64,000 bases of DNA from NCBI RefSeq assembly GCF_009914755.1, contig NC_060940.1; one strand, written 5' to 3'. The notes below the pieces were generated by a model that saw only the letters and a program-made list of their open reading frames with translations, was not told the origin of the DNA and searched no databases. The stretch is from the human T2T-CHM13v2.0 reference genome, Homo sapiens. This document shows positions 44,831 through 59,000 of this stretch, in pieces; the stretch's first letter is position 1, and each line of letters begins with the position of its first letter. Position numbers and translations under genes: made by a program.

Positions 44831-46973
44831 CCCATAAGTTCAGTGTGCTATGATGGAGAGAACCTAGGGGACTATGGGAACTAAAATGGGACCCCTACCC
44901 CAACCTGGGGACTGCGGAGGGATCACAGAAGGCTTGCTTTTGGAAGTGGTACCTGAGTTGAGTCTTGGAGGACAAGGGGTGGTAGCAGAAGACAGGAAAG
45001 GTAGAGGGAACAGTGGGCCATGAAGCATGATGGAGCTGGGGTGTCAGGGACCCATGAGTGTTTCTATGAAGTTGGGGCACAGAGGAGTGTGACTTGGAGC
45101 AACAGAGGAGATGGCGCAGGTAAATAGGGACCCAGCCAGTCACGTACACTGAAGGAAATTGGGAGACCCCAGCTGACATGGCCATTACCACATTTAGTTG
45201 GTACATGGGGTAAGTTTGATGTTCCCTGTAATCTCCCTGGAAGAGACTTTGAATGCTGAGCCAGGGCGCTGTTGGCCAGGATAACTCCAGGTGATTACTT
45301 AAAAAAATATTGTATTGAACTTTTCACTAATAGAGGGGAAGTCTTGCCATAAGGTATTTGAAATCAGAGGTCTTCAGACATTTTTGCTTATTACCCCTAA
45401 AGGATTTTTTTTAAAAAATGTATGCTCTTCCTGGCACATTTTAAAGCTGATGTCTAAAATTTTTGTCTTATGTCTAAATGGTTGTAAATAATGGATACCT
45501 AACATATATTATATTGACATTTTAAGATAAACTATGATATCATTCTTTTAAATATATCCAGATCAATCAAAATACCTTGGCAGTTCAATACTTCCAACAT
45601 ATTACAACATTTTCAAAACACGTAAGCATGTTCTCTTGTTAGCAGTTGGAAATTTTACATTTTTTTTTGTTCTTATATCCACAGTTCTATTTTACTTCCT
45701 TCACAGAATTTTATTCACTATAATATATTTTACACTTGAATGTTTCTTATTGATTTCTCCTCCTGTTTCTCTATAATGAACGTACATTCATATATATAAA
45801 TATAAACATGTAAAGAATATATATGTTTATACATATGAGGAAAAAACTAAACATGTATATATTTTACATATATAAGTAACATAGTTACCATAGACTTCTG
45901 TATCAATTCTCTTCTGGATTGAGTTAACATTTTAATTATTAGTCATAGATAACAAATAAAATACTATTATAAAATTTTTAAATTATTAAATATAAAAATA
46001 AAGTATTAATTCGATGGATGTGGGTTTTTTCCAATTTGTTCAGGTATCTTAATTTGAATGCTACTTACTAATAGAAAAATACAGGTTTCAGCATGAATTA
46101 TATTGCTATTTTTAAAATTCTTATACACGTATCACTGAGAATTTTCATTCACAGAAGTGAGTAGATGGGGATGGAACTAGATTTGAATAGCAACTTTACT
46201 CAATTAAAAAAATCCATCAATATATTTCTCAATATTGACATATTAAATAAGCTTAACCATATGATCATATCCATAGATGAAGAATAAACATTTGACAAAA
46301 TTCAACATCCTGTTGTGATAAAATTCTCAGCGAGTTAGGAATAGATGGGACACTCAATTTTTAAACCTCCTTTTGAATTATATGCCCCTAATTAAATTTT
46401 ATGGTCAACTGGCAACTAGGTTAGGTTCTTCTTCAGTTTTGCTGGAAGCTGAGAATTGTAAACACAATTACTTGCAAAATAATTTATTATTCCATCTTCA
46501 GTGTCCAGAAATTAGACCAAAGTGGGTTTAAACCCATATCAAATGAATACTAATTATACTTGTTATTTTTTTTCTCCGAGACATTATGTTTCCCTAAGTA
46601 TACTCAGAGTTGGGTAAATCACAACAGCGTTAATGTTAATTTCAATATAATACCATATTGTGAATGCAATATTTTTGATAAAATGCTTTTATCTTATGTA
46701 TCTTAAATATATTTTAGGACAACTTTGTAACTGAAGACAACTCATTCAAGTTCTGGAATATATTCATCATATAATTGGCAAAGCCATTTCACATTGTCAA
46801 GTCAAACAGCTAAATCAAAGTATTTACATTATTTTTGAGTTTTATGGTCACGTTATATTTAATGATCAGCTGTTAGAAAAAATAATTGACTTCATATTTC
46901 AGTTCAAGTAAACATGTTAACAGTATACTCATGACCACCATTTTGTTTTATTTTGTTTTTGATAGATAGACAG

Positions 46974-47375
46974 TGTCTTGTTCAGTTTGGGCTGCTATTC
47001 CAAAGTACCAGAGGTGGCTTAACAGGAACAGGAGGCTTATCAACAACATAAGGTGGCTTATCAACAGCATAATTTTTTTTTTCACAGTTCTTGAGGCGGG
47101 AAGTCTGCGATCAGGGTGTCGGCATGATTGGGTTCTGGTGAGGTTGCAGAACTGCTGGCTCTGCAGGCTGCTGGCTTCCTTTATCCTCCCGGGGCCAAAA
47201 GAGGGCAAGAGAGCTCTCCAGGTTGTAAGGGCATTAATCCCGTTCATGAGGGCTCTACCGCCATAGCCTAATTACCTCCTAAAGGCTCTACGTCCAAATA
47301 CCATCACATTGGGGGTTAGGATTTCAACATATAAAGTTGGGGGTTGAGATGATACAAACATTCAGTCCATTGTCA
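46974..47375 (-). mobile_element. MLT1A-like MaLR LTR
   Basis: tgtcttgttcagtttgggctgctat...cattgggggttaggatttcaacat...caaacattcagtccat. Confidence 0.75.
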
Positions 47376-47479
47376 GCAGACAGATACAGCATGAAGTTTG
47401 TTATTGTTGCTATGGTTTTATTATTTAGATCATTTCCATGGGAAAATTCAGAGCATGATGAGGGAGCCAGTTGCATTGA

Positions 47480-48120
47480 GCCGGAGACATACAAGAAAGG
47501 AATCACAGGAGTCGAGGGAATTAGGCAACTAGACAAGAACATTCTAGGCAGAGGAAACTGCTGGATCAAGGAGGGTGTCCCATGTGTTTGATAAGAAGTA
47601 AGTAGGTCCTTGGGACTAGAATAGAGTGAAAGAGGGGGTAGAAGTCAGATGTGGTCTAAGAACTGCAGGGGCCAGACCATCCTTGTAGCCATTTAAGGAT
47701 TTTGGCTTTTCTCTAGGTGAGACGGGAGGCTTTGCCAGGTTTTCAGTAGATGAGTGATAAGATTGGACTAAAGTTTTGAAAAGAATTTTTTTCTGGTGCT
47801 GGGTTGAAAATGGACTGTTGGGAGACAGGGGTGGAACCAGAGGGATCTACTGGAGGCAGTTGCAATGCTGGCAGGGGGTGATGATGCCTTGGACTAGGCT
47901 AGCAGCAGTGGAGGGAGTCAGAAGTAGTCAGGTAGTGGATAAATTCTGAAGGTAGAGCTAGCAAGATTTCTTGGTGGATTGGATGTGGGTTGATTCCAAC
48001 AGCAGAGTCAAGGGGAGTCCAGTGCTTGCATGCTGTGCTGCTGAAAGGATGAAGTTGTCCTCACTGAGATAGAGAAGGCTGTGAATAAAGTAAATTTGGC
48101 ACTTGTAACTTTGGGAGTAG
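47480..48120 (-). mobile_element. LINE-2 fragment
   Basis: ggcagaggaaac...aaggattttggcttttctct...tgaaggtagagctagcaagattt...cactgagatagagaag. Confidence 0.6.
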
Positions 48121-48360
48121 GAGTTAGAGTAGGCTGTGAGATGACAAGTGAGATGACAACCCTGTAGGAAACAGGGAGAAGTTGAGTCTGTGGAACAATA
48201 TGGGTGGGAGGAAGAGGAGGAGGTTAAAGAGACAGTGAGAGAATTAAGAGAAGCTCAAGGAAGTATCTAGGAGGTTAGGAAACTCCCTGGTGGTGGTGAG
48301 AGGAGACAAAGGATCCTTTAGTAAGTAGAGTTACATCACTGTTGTATGTCCTTTGGTGAT

Positions 48361-49383
48361 TGCGGTAGTTTCCTAGGGCTGCCATAACAGATGACCATGA
48401 CCTTGGTGGCTTGAATCAGCAGTCCACAACCTTTTTTGGTGCCAGCGACTGGTTTCATGGAAGACAATTTTTCCACAGATCTTTGTGGGGGTGGGGGAAT
48501 GGTTTTGGGATGATTCAAGTACATTACATTTATTGTGCACTTTATTTCTATTATTATTACATTGTAATCTATAATGAAATAATTATACAACTCACCATAA
48601 TGTAGAGTCAGTGGGAGCCCTGAGCTTGTTTTCCTGCAACTAGACAGTCCCATATGGGGGTGATGGGAGACAGTGACAGATCACCAGGTGTTAGATTCTC
48701 ATAAGGAGCACACAACCTAGATTACTCACATGTGCAGTTCACAGTAGGGTTTGTGCTTCTGTGAGAATCTAATGCCACCACTGATCTGACAGGAGGCAGA
48801 GCTCAAGAGGTAATGTGAACAATGCGGAGCGGCTGTGAATACAGATGAAGCTTCACTGGCTCACCCACTACTCACCTCCTGCTGTGCAGGCTGGTTCCTA
48901 ACAGGCCACAGACTGGTACCAGTCTATGGCCCAGAGAACGGGGACCTCTGGCTTAAATAAAAGAAATCTAAATCTATTTGCTCACGGTTCTGGAGGAGAG
49001 AATTCTAAAACCCATGTGTTGGTAGGGACATAGCCCCTCTAGAGGCTCCAAGGGAGGCTGCTTCCTGCTTCTTTCAGCTTCTGGTGGCTCCACAGAGCTA
49101 CAGTGCCACAGGCATCCCCTGGCTGTGGCACTGTAGCTGTAATCTCTGCCCTGTCTTCACGTGGCCTTTGTCCTGTGTCTACCTCTGTCGTCTTCTCTTC
49201 TTTCTCTTATAAAGATATGTGTCACTCAATTTAGAGCCTATGCTACTCCAAGATGATCTCATCTCCACATCCTTTACTTTGTTACATCTGTAAAGACCCT
49301 GTTTCTCCAAGGATCATATTCACAGGTTCCTGGAGTTAGAATATGGACATATCTTTTGAGGGGCCACTACTCATACCACTACA
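48361..49383 (-). mobile_element. MLT1C-like MaLR LTR interrupted by MER1A
   Basis: tagtttcctagggctgccataaca...ggtggctt | ...ctcacggttctggagg...gggggccactactcataccactaca. Confidence 0.75.
48417..48950. mobile_element. MER1A hAT-Charlie DNA transposon
   Basis: cagcagtccacaacctttttt...gactggtttcatggaagacaatttttccac...ggggacctctg; 8-bp TSD gcttgaat/gcttaaat. Confidence 0.85.
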
Positions 49384-51160
49384 GAGTATGAGTACTTCTA
49401 CCCCCTCCATCTTTCCTACCTCAACATCAATGCCACTAAAAACAGCTTTACTGCTATAAATTTTGTTTTGCAAGCAGATAAGAGAGGTTGAGTTTCACAC
49501 TGAAGTCAGAATGGCATAGCAAAGCAGTGGCTGACAAGAGGCAGAAGGACCTGTGAGAAGGTAGTTCCCTAGGAAATTGAAGAAGTCTTGGCAAGGCTTC
49601 TCAAGACCATAGAACTGGGCATTTGAGCCTATCTTATCTGGATCCTAAAGTTTAGAAGCGTTCAGCTGATATCTGTGTTATAACGACATAAAATATGACC
49701 ATACTATACATTCTACTTTGTAACCTGCTCTCCTTGCTTAGAAAATATTGCAATCATTTTCAACAACATGATTTTTAATGGCTGTATAGCAGTCTATCAA
49801 ATGAAAGTACCGTAATTTATATAACAAATCCTTTATGATAAGCCATTGAGGATGTTTCTGCATTTTACATATGATAAATAACACTGAAATGAACAACTCT
49901 CTTTATAAATCATTGCGCACATCTTTGATTATTTTCAAATGGGCTCATTTTAATTAACCATGAACCATGAATTGCTATTTTGTGATAGCAATTCTGCTCA
50001 TCGTTTCCTTTATGAACTAAAACTTTTCCTTCAGGCAAAAAAACAAAAAAAACAAAAAAACGAAGTTCCTGCAACATCTGGCTTATGATGTAATTTACTT
50101 TTGGTATTCAGCTGTGCTCCCAAATATTTAAATATCTTCTTTCTAATAGTCTCATCCTAGGTTTAATATCCCTTCTGGAGATACAGATACAAGTGTGTTT
50201 CCTTCTGTGAACCTTGGCCATGACTATCTGTGCCAAAGTTGTATATCAGTTGCCTTCAGCTTCTATTTCTCAAGTTGTAAGACCAAAGAAGAAAGGACAG
50301 AAACCAGAAAGAATTAGACTGCAGGAATTTTTGTTGGGACCAAAAAGACGCTTGTGATAATTGCTGCCATGGAAAACTGTGACATGACAGACCATTTACA
50401 CAGACTGTCCTTATAGCCAATAAAAGTTAGGTATTATTATCTGCAGTATTGGTGAGCAGGTAGTGGCTCAGAGCAGAGAGAGCAGGGCTCATTGTCAATT
50501 AAGTAGCAGAGTTGGAATTCTAACCCAGGTCGTTCTAACTCAAAGCCACCATGTTGTACATCAGTGGGGCTCCCATACCTTTGAACTTTGAATGCTGGTT
50601 AAGATTTCTTACCAAAACTGTGGAAGTCATGTAGGCTTGCCAACTTTTAATTTTGCCAAGTAAGGGCATCAAACAGCAACAACCGTTAAGTGTGATCACC
50701 TACCACAGTGGTCTCATATACAAAAAGCTATTTTAATGCCTGAAAGAGGAGGAAGGCTATCATCTCTGAAGTCAGTCCCTTCAGTGAGGTGAATTTTCTT
50801 ACGGAAATTCAATATGTTGTCCTTCCTGCTGATGTCCTCTCACCATGGACCAGGGAAAGTGAGCACTCTCTCCAGACGCCATCTAAGAACCACTTCAGGA
50901 GGTCACGCTATCATCACTGCCCTGACAGAGGGTTGCTCTGGCTTGGCTGACCAATGTGGAAGGGGTTGCAAGGACTCCCCTCTGCTGTTGAAAGGGGCTG
51001 GAAAAACATTCAGCCTAGTAATAGAGGGGCATCCATTCTATGAGCTCCCCCTGTTCAGGGTAGAATTCTCACACTCTGTTCCTTTCCAAGAATGAGGAAA
51101 GGAAGTGGAGATGGTGGATGTAAAATTTAAGAAATTTAGGAGGGAGAATAAGAAAAGAGG

Positions 51161-51226
51161 GAGAGAGAGAGAGAGAGAGAGGGAGGAAGAGAGACACAGA
51201 GAGAGAAAGAGAAAGAGAGAGAGAAA
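51161..51226. repeat. GA-rich microsatellite
   Basis: (GA)n with interruptions. Confidence 0.85.
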
Positions 51227-52039
51227 AATACTGGGACACATGGGCAGAAATATTTTTATACATGTGGATCTCTTAATGTATTTAGGAGAAGTAAAGTTGT
51301 GTAGACAGAGAGTCCTTGTCAGTATCCAAGCGAGTAAATCGAGACAGAGTTCAGGGATCTTTCAATCTGTGTTTTACTAACAGAATTCACTGATTCACTG
51401 TGTATGGAACACAAAGGCATGCAGGAGCGTGCCTTACTCGTCACGCACACGCAAGCCTCAAGGGCAAGGAGGGGTCTGTATCTCTAATTATTGGTCCGGA
51501 ATAAACATTTAGCAAATAATTGATGAATCAGGGAGTGGACTAAAAGCCAATCATCAGGTAAATCTATTAATGTTTAATTTCAGTGGATTGCCTCACCCTA
51601 CCCTTATTGCTTCATTTTTTGATTTATAGTCATAAGCGGCAGATAAAGGCAAAGTTGGCTAGGGAGCAGTCTCCACAAATAGAAACCCATAGGAAGAGTA
51701 AAGAACATGCAAGTCAGGGTAATTTCTGACCCATCAGTCGGGAGGAGGTTCCTGAAGTCAAGTGTTATTGAATGAGAAATCTGGACCAGACACTGTACTT
51801 GACATTTGACCAGCATTTATCTCACATGACCTTCCTAAGAACACAATGAGGGAGACACTATTAATACTATCCCCAGTTTACAGACTGCAGAGCCCAAGGA
51901 GATGCTTAGCAGCTGGGCTTGAGAGCTGTAATGGAGCAAGGAGGGAACCCACATCGGCCTTCAACAGCCTTCCTCTGGTCCAGCAGCTGTGAGCAGGCCT
52001 ACTTGTTGGAAGTGGACTGACTGGTTGACTCGCTGGCAG

Positions 52040-53338
52040 TGCATGTGCACAAACACATACACACGTGCACACACAGACACCTACACACAGATACAGAGAG
52101 ATACACATACACATCTACATATATACACACATGCAAACACACATATATACCCACACAGATACAGAGATACATGTATATATCTACATATATACACACAAGC
52201 ACACACATACCTACACACAGATACAGAGAGATACACATACACATCTAGGTATATACACACATGCACATACATACGTATACCTACCCTCAGATACAAAGAG
52301 ATGCATGTACACAGCTAAATATACACACACATGCACACACATACCTACACACAGATACAGAGAGATACACATTTATGTATATACACACATGCATACACAC
52401 ATATATACCTACACATAGATACAGAGGTATATATATATATATATACACACATTCACGTCTACATATATACACATGTACATACACACATATACCTACACAC
52501 AGATACAGAGATGTACACATCTATATATATATATACACACATGCACATACACACATATACTTACACACAGATACAGAGATGTACCCATCTATATATATAC
52601 ACACATGCACATACACACATATACCTACACACAGATACAGAGATGTACCCATCTACATATATACACACATACACATATACACATATACCTACCCACAGAT
52701 ACAGAGATGTACACATCTATATATACATAGACACATGGACATACACACATGTACCTAAGCACAGAGAGATACATGTACACATCTACATGTATATTCACAT
52801 ACACACATATACCTACACACAGAGATATACACATCTACTTATGTACACATATGCACACACATACATATACTGACACAGATACAGAGATAGACACTTCTAC
52901 TTATGCATACACACTTGCACATACATACACATATATTCACTCAAAGACACACACGAATATACAGATATACCTGCACACATGCACATCCACGCACCTATGC
53001 ATGTGTGCACTTGTACAACACCCTTACACATATCTACACATGCATGTGCACACACACATATACACACACATGAATGGAGACACCCCCACACGCTTCCCAC
53101 ATCCGCCCCATACCCCATACGTACACTCACAGACACAGACACACAACTCTACACACATGTGTACATAAACATACATGTACGCATGTACACACATACACGA
53201 ATACCCACATACCTACATATGGATATACGTACCCTCACTTACACACACACAGACACAGGCACACCTACACACACGTACACCTGTGCACAAGCACACACAT
53301 ACAGGTTTATACACATATACATGCCCCCAGAAAGACAG

Positions 53339-53380
<42 letters not shown>
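52040..53380. repeat. CA/TA-rich minisatellite (~64-bp higher-order unit) ending in pure (CA)n
   Basis: cagatacaga-type anchor recurs about 13 times between 52088 and 52876; (AC)20 at 53341-53380. Confidence 0.9.
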
Positions 53381-53381
<1 letters not shown>

Positions 53382-53466
53382 ACTCTGCAAATAGCCTGGT
53401 TACATACCAAGTTGTGATGTGAATTTCCATCTGACCTCACACTGAGGCATTTGTCACAATTCATAA

Positions 53467-53807
<341 letters not shown>

Positions 53808-54469
53808 AATACATTATTATTAACTGAAGTCTATACTGTATTCAGATTTCCTTGGTTTTTACCTCATGTCTCTTTTCTGTCTCAGGTTTCCACATTACAT
53901 TTAGTCGTCACGTCTCCTTGGGCTTCTTTTTGCTGTGACTGTTTCTCAGAATTTCCTTGTTTTTTGATGGCCTTGACCCAATACTTGCTGGGTATTTCAT
54001 AGAATGTTCTGCAATGATAAAGTTGCCTTTTTTTTTTTAAATCACATCATACTATCAACATGATTTGCCATTGTTGGTGCTGACCCTCACTACCTGGGTA
54101 GTGTTCGTCTGGTTTCTACGTGGTAACGTTGCTCTGTTTCTCTGTTTTCATGCTGCACTCTGGAAGAAAGTTACCATGTGTAGTTCACACTTAATGGGGA
54201 GTTACACTCCAAGTCCTTGAGGTAAGGAGTATTTATGTCCATTATTTATAATTCTTCAGCATGTGAGATTTGTCTCTTCTCATCCACCTAGCTGATAATG
54301 TATTTATATCACTATGGAGGAATGGGTATTTATTTATATTTTGGATAATTTCTCCTCATGTGTATGATATTTTACTATAAAAAGTTAAAAGTGACGCAGA
54401 AACTATAAAAACGAATTTTATTTGATAACAAACACCGTGGTAGTCAAGAATAGGGCACTTTTGTTAAAA

Positions 54470-55400
54470 GAGCAAATAAGTCTTTGGACACATAAGCAAA
54501 AATAAAGCTTCAAGGATAGGGGAGGTGATAATCTTACTCTATTCTATGTTCTTTGCACTGTACTGAAAATATTGTGCCCAGTTCTGGGCCTAATCTTTCA
54601 GGGGAGATGTAAGTAATTGGATGCCATTCTGAGAAGTGGCTGCAGATCCCTGAAACCCTATACAAAAAAAAAAAAAAATGAGATCTGACTTACTTGGAAT
54701 TTATGATAATTGAGGAGTTTAGACATCTTTACCACGTATTATTTCAAAGATAGAAAAAAGGCATGGTCCAGCCCCAAGTTCTGGCTATCTTCTCCTAGTC
54801 TCCCCACTCCTGCCCACTGTATAAAATAGATAAATATGTAATACATGATATTTGCGCAATCACAAACACTCCAAACATTAGTTATCACCCTAATGCTCAA
54901 AAAGCAACAAACGAACAAAAAACTCGTATTACCAACAAGATCTCTGTGATGTCCCTGAGATGATCTGTTATGGCTGGTACCACCCTGTCCATGTCCTGAA
55001 CTTTGGGTCACTATGACATCAACACACAGTCATTCTCTGCTTGGCAAATCATGCCGTCATTATGTTACCCTCATCATAGGAAAATGTTCTTCAATTATTG
55101 TAACAATGTGATTTTAAAAATGTTTGAGCTCTGAAATATCTTTCAAATATCTGAAAGAAATAGAACAAGACATCCTCTGACTCCACGTGGAGTGGGAAGA
55201 CAAACGTCAAGATGAATTTGACCTAGAGGAGAATGTTCTAATATCCCGAGCCATCTTGAATGGGAAAATCAGCCTTCAGAGGAAGTGAAGTGCCTGTTCT
55301 CAGAGATGTTCTGGCAATAGACAAGATGACCACTTGGTGGGGATGTTACAGAGGGAATTCCCATTTTAGATGGGAAGTTCCTTCTTCAAGTTCTCTTCTA
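54470..55400 (+). mobile_element. CR1/L3 LINE relic
   Basis: ggggaggtgataatcttactctattct...tattgtgcccagttctgggc; tttcaaatatctgaa...gatgaccacttg...ggatgttacagaggg. Confidence 0.55.
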
Positions 55401-56084
55401 AACTCAACATCCACCAATTCTAAGAAAGTGTACATTGGAGGATTCTCAGCATTTTTTTTTCCCCAGCATTTTTTGCCCAGCAATTTTTTTTGGGGGGGCG
55501 GCAATCCTTTCTTTTGGGTAGGATGTTTTGTTTTCAGATGGCATTTTCCAAAAGGCCCCTCTGCTGGCAGGAGGAAATGACACATTGACCCACTGGCGTC
55601 ATTAGCAAGAATGAGTTGGTCCAATTGGCTCCTTTTCCCTGGAAGGCTGAGAGCAAGCCTGCAAGCAAGGGGACACTGGCCAAGCCATGATGGCCTCGAG
55701 AATAGCTTCACGACAAAATGGTGGGGACAAACAAGGGACACGATTTAGCTCAATAGGATGCAGGAAATCTTCATTCAGCGGTAGCTCTGAGATGGACTGA
55801 CCCTGAGGTTGGGATGAGGACATTCAGGGCTTAGAAAGGATTGGGCTAGTTCTCACCTGGGGATTCTGCAATTCCATATATTCCCCAACTGGTAAATAGC
55901 CTTCCTTTCCACCACCGTGCACCCCCACTAGTCTCTGCTCCTGCAGCAGGCCTCCTGGAAGCACTGCGTCCTCAACTCTGCAAGGCCAGGAACCGGGTCT
56001 ATATTGTTCACTACTGAATTCCTCCATGGCTGGTGCAGAACTGGCCACCTAGAAGACTCTCAATAGAGATGTGATTCTTCCTAT

Positions 56085-56400
56085 ATTTTTCCAACAAATA
56101 TTAATTATGTACATGTGATGTGCCAGGCACTGGACTGTGCACGTGGTGAACAGTAAAGGAAAAACAATAAACAGATAAGGTTCCTGCCCTCATGAAGTTT
56201 ATGGTCTAGTAGGGGAGACAGAAAACGTTCTTAAACTGATCAAAGTAAATATATAATTGTGGATTGAGCTAAGCGCAACAAAGGCAATGAATAAAGCGTG
56301 CTGATAGGAGATACTCAGATTGGGTGACAGGAGGTGATGTTTAAGCAGATATCTGAAGGATGACAAAGGAAACAGCCGAGTGCTGAACTGAAAGAAGAAA
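56085..56400 (-). mobile_element. LINE-2 3' fragment
   Basis: caacaaatatt...tgtgccaggcactgg...cctgccctcatgaagtttatggtctagtagggg. Confidence 0.6.
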
Positions 56401-56499
56401 TAAATGAGTGAGGAGGTAGCTGTCAAGAACCTCTCTCTCTGCTCAGAGGAAAAAGGCTAAGAGGCAGTGGGTACTCTCAACAATGAGAAAAGTGCCTAC

Positions 56500-56720
56500 C
56501 ATCCATGAGTGCCTGTAAGTGCCAGGGACGATGCAAGAATGGTGTCATTCACTTTTCAAAACAGCCCTTGGAAGAAAGACTCCTCCTACCGCCAATTTAC
56601 AGAAGAGGAAACTGAGGCTTAGGAAGGGCAGGTAACTTGCCCAGTGCCTCACAGCTAAGCCAGGATTCGAACTCAATTTAGAAGTCTGTGAGACCCGAAA
56701 GCTCATGTTCTTAATACTGT
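56500..56720 (-). mobile_element. MIR
   Basis: tttacagaagaggaaactgaggcttag...taacttgccc...caggattcgaactc. Confidence 0.7.
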
Positions 56721-58889
56721 TCAGCCCCTTCACCATCAGGGCTCAGGGAGTATCCTTCATGGGACTTCTGTGTGGCCTGAGGGTGGCTTTTGCTCATAGA
56801 TTTTACCCTCCCCTTGGGAGCCCCAGGACAGAGTAGGTCTGGGAACTCGCAAGGGCTGCCTCCAGGAGAAAAGCCACCTCTCTCAAGTGGGCGTGCACTT
56901 GGCAGGAAGCCTGCGCAGGTGTTTGGCTCAGCCCAAATGTGGGAGCCACTGACCAAATGCCAAGACTCTCAGCGAAGAGCCATAGCTAGTCCTGTCTCCC
57001 CACCTGGAAGCTGTTTTTCGAACGGAGCTAACTGCCAGGATGCTCTGGGCTGGTGAGGCCACAAGGATTGTGAGAGGTGCCCTGTGGCTCAGATGGCACC
57101 CAGGAAGGAATTGGGGTCTGTTGAGGGAGGGAGAGTTCAGGGCTAGCCAAAGGCAATTCCAGATCCCTGCCCCTAAGCTTCCTGGCCTGGAGCTGGTAAC
57201 GTCTCCCTGACTCAAATGTCCATGTGGCTGGGAGGGCAGACAACAGTTGCCATCACTCCACGCAGACCCTCATAACTGCCTTGTTGTCCAACCCCACAGT
57301 CCCACAGCACAGTAATGGTTCACAAGACACTGCTTCCCACCCCTTCTCCCTTGGGTCTTGAGTTGGCTTTGAGCCCAGGTGGGCTCTGCCTCACCTCCCT
57401 TTACAGGGGATACGCTGCTGGGTCCCTTCCTTCCCGAGTCCTGCCTCCCCAACATCATCCACAAAAGGCATCCTCTCCCTTCCTCCTCCTGCCCCTCATT
57501 TAACTCCAGCACGTGTTTTGAGACAAGTCTATACTCCACTGGACACTTTGTTTTACACGACTTCCTCTTATTCTTCATTCTCCTCCTGTTTAAAAAACAT
57601 GAATCACTAGCATTTATGAGGTTCCTTCTACTGTTCCAGGCAGGATATGATATTATTTTATAGCCAAAGGGATGAAGATCTAGGGAGGTGAAGTGACCCT
57701 CCCAAGACTATGTAATTAATAAGTAGTGGAGTTAAGATTAGATTTGAATAGAGGGAAACTGACCTCAAATAGAGAATGTTTCTCTCTAGCTATGCCAAAG
57801 TCCAGCCTTTATCACAACCTTGCCTCCCTCCAGCCAGGCATGTGGCCCACATGGGGCACGCCCTGAGCCCAGGTGCGGTGACCCCTCTCTGGCTTAGCAC
57901 GGTTAGGTGGTGCTGTAGTTGCAGAGTGCTGGCTTTTAAGCCGCTTGTGAGTAAGGGATTTATTTTTTCCCAGCCTCAGTTTTTCTCTCTGTAAACTGAC
58001 CATAATAATAACACCCACCTCAAACAGTTTTATAAGGTTGAAATGGGGTGAAAGTAGGAAAGATCTAGCACATAATGCACTAATTTTTTTTTTTTTTTTT
58101 TGCCTAAAGCAGGCAGTGGAATAGAATGCTTAGGGGCATACAGCTCTGAGATCAGGCTGCAAGACTCCACTGCTGTGTGATCTTGACTAAGTCTCTTACC
58201 CTCTCTGTGTCCTGGTTTCCTCACCTGTAAAATTACTATAATACTAGAATCAACTTCATAAGGATATTGTATTCAAGGAGGATGAGAGGAGTCCCAGTGA
58301 ATGGAGGCTGGCATAGAATAGGCTTACAATAAAGAGAAAGAACAAATAAGCAGCTATACACAGCCTCTGCCACAAAAAACTACCAATAGATATTAGCCGC
58401 TATTAGTTAATTGTCATTATTATCTCTCCCTGGCATGTTTCCACTCAGGCAAGACCAAAGCACTTTCCTCTACCAAGGAATATCTTCCTCTACTTTCATA
58501 TCCCTCTCCATCCAACCCTTCAGCCTGCCTCAGTTGGGATTTGTAGGAGTCCTGAAGCTATGGACCAGATCAGAGGTGCCTTCCCTTCCAGAATCTATTT
58601 TCCAAACTTCATCGATTGCCTATATTTATATGCATGCATGCACACACACGCACACACACACACACACACTCTCACTCACTCCCGAGTCAGAAAAAGGACT
58701 CAGCACCCAGACATACTGCAGGCTCTTGAAGAAGACAGTATTTTCCTGTGAGCTAGAGGATCTTCCTGTTATTCTCCATGCAGTTCAAATTCTGTCAATT
58801 ATTATCCAGTTAGTCATCGCTCCAGAGGTGGACTGTCATTAAAAAAAAATAGAAGGTGTGTGTTTGTGGGTGAGTATGTGCATGTGTTG

Positions 58890-59000
58890 TGTATGCAGGG
58901 GGTGGGGAGGGGCGAGAGCGGTCAAATAGGAAGTGCCTTGGTATTTATGTTGAAGTGCACACTGGTTTAAATTACCCACTGGGAATATGATTATGCTTAA
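58890..59000 (+). promoter_or_regulatory. HSD17B2: HSD17B2 proximal promoter
   Basis: GC/GT box gggggtggggaggggcg at 58898-58914; TATA-like tatttat at 58942-58948 and tttaaa at 58966-58971 upstream of the ATG exon. Confidence 0.55.

Noticed and set aside
45365-46940. AT-rich stretch resembling a hAT-Charlie element with an L1 fragment inside
   Set aside because: Too degenerate to define boundaries or family by eye
52040-52900. Regularly spaced repeats as a CRISPR-like array
   Set aside because: Eukaryotic context; the intervening sequence is itself repetitive rather than unique spacers; no cas genes
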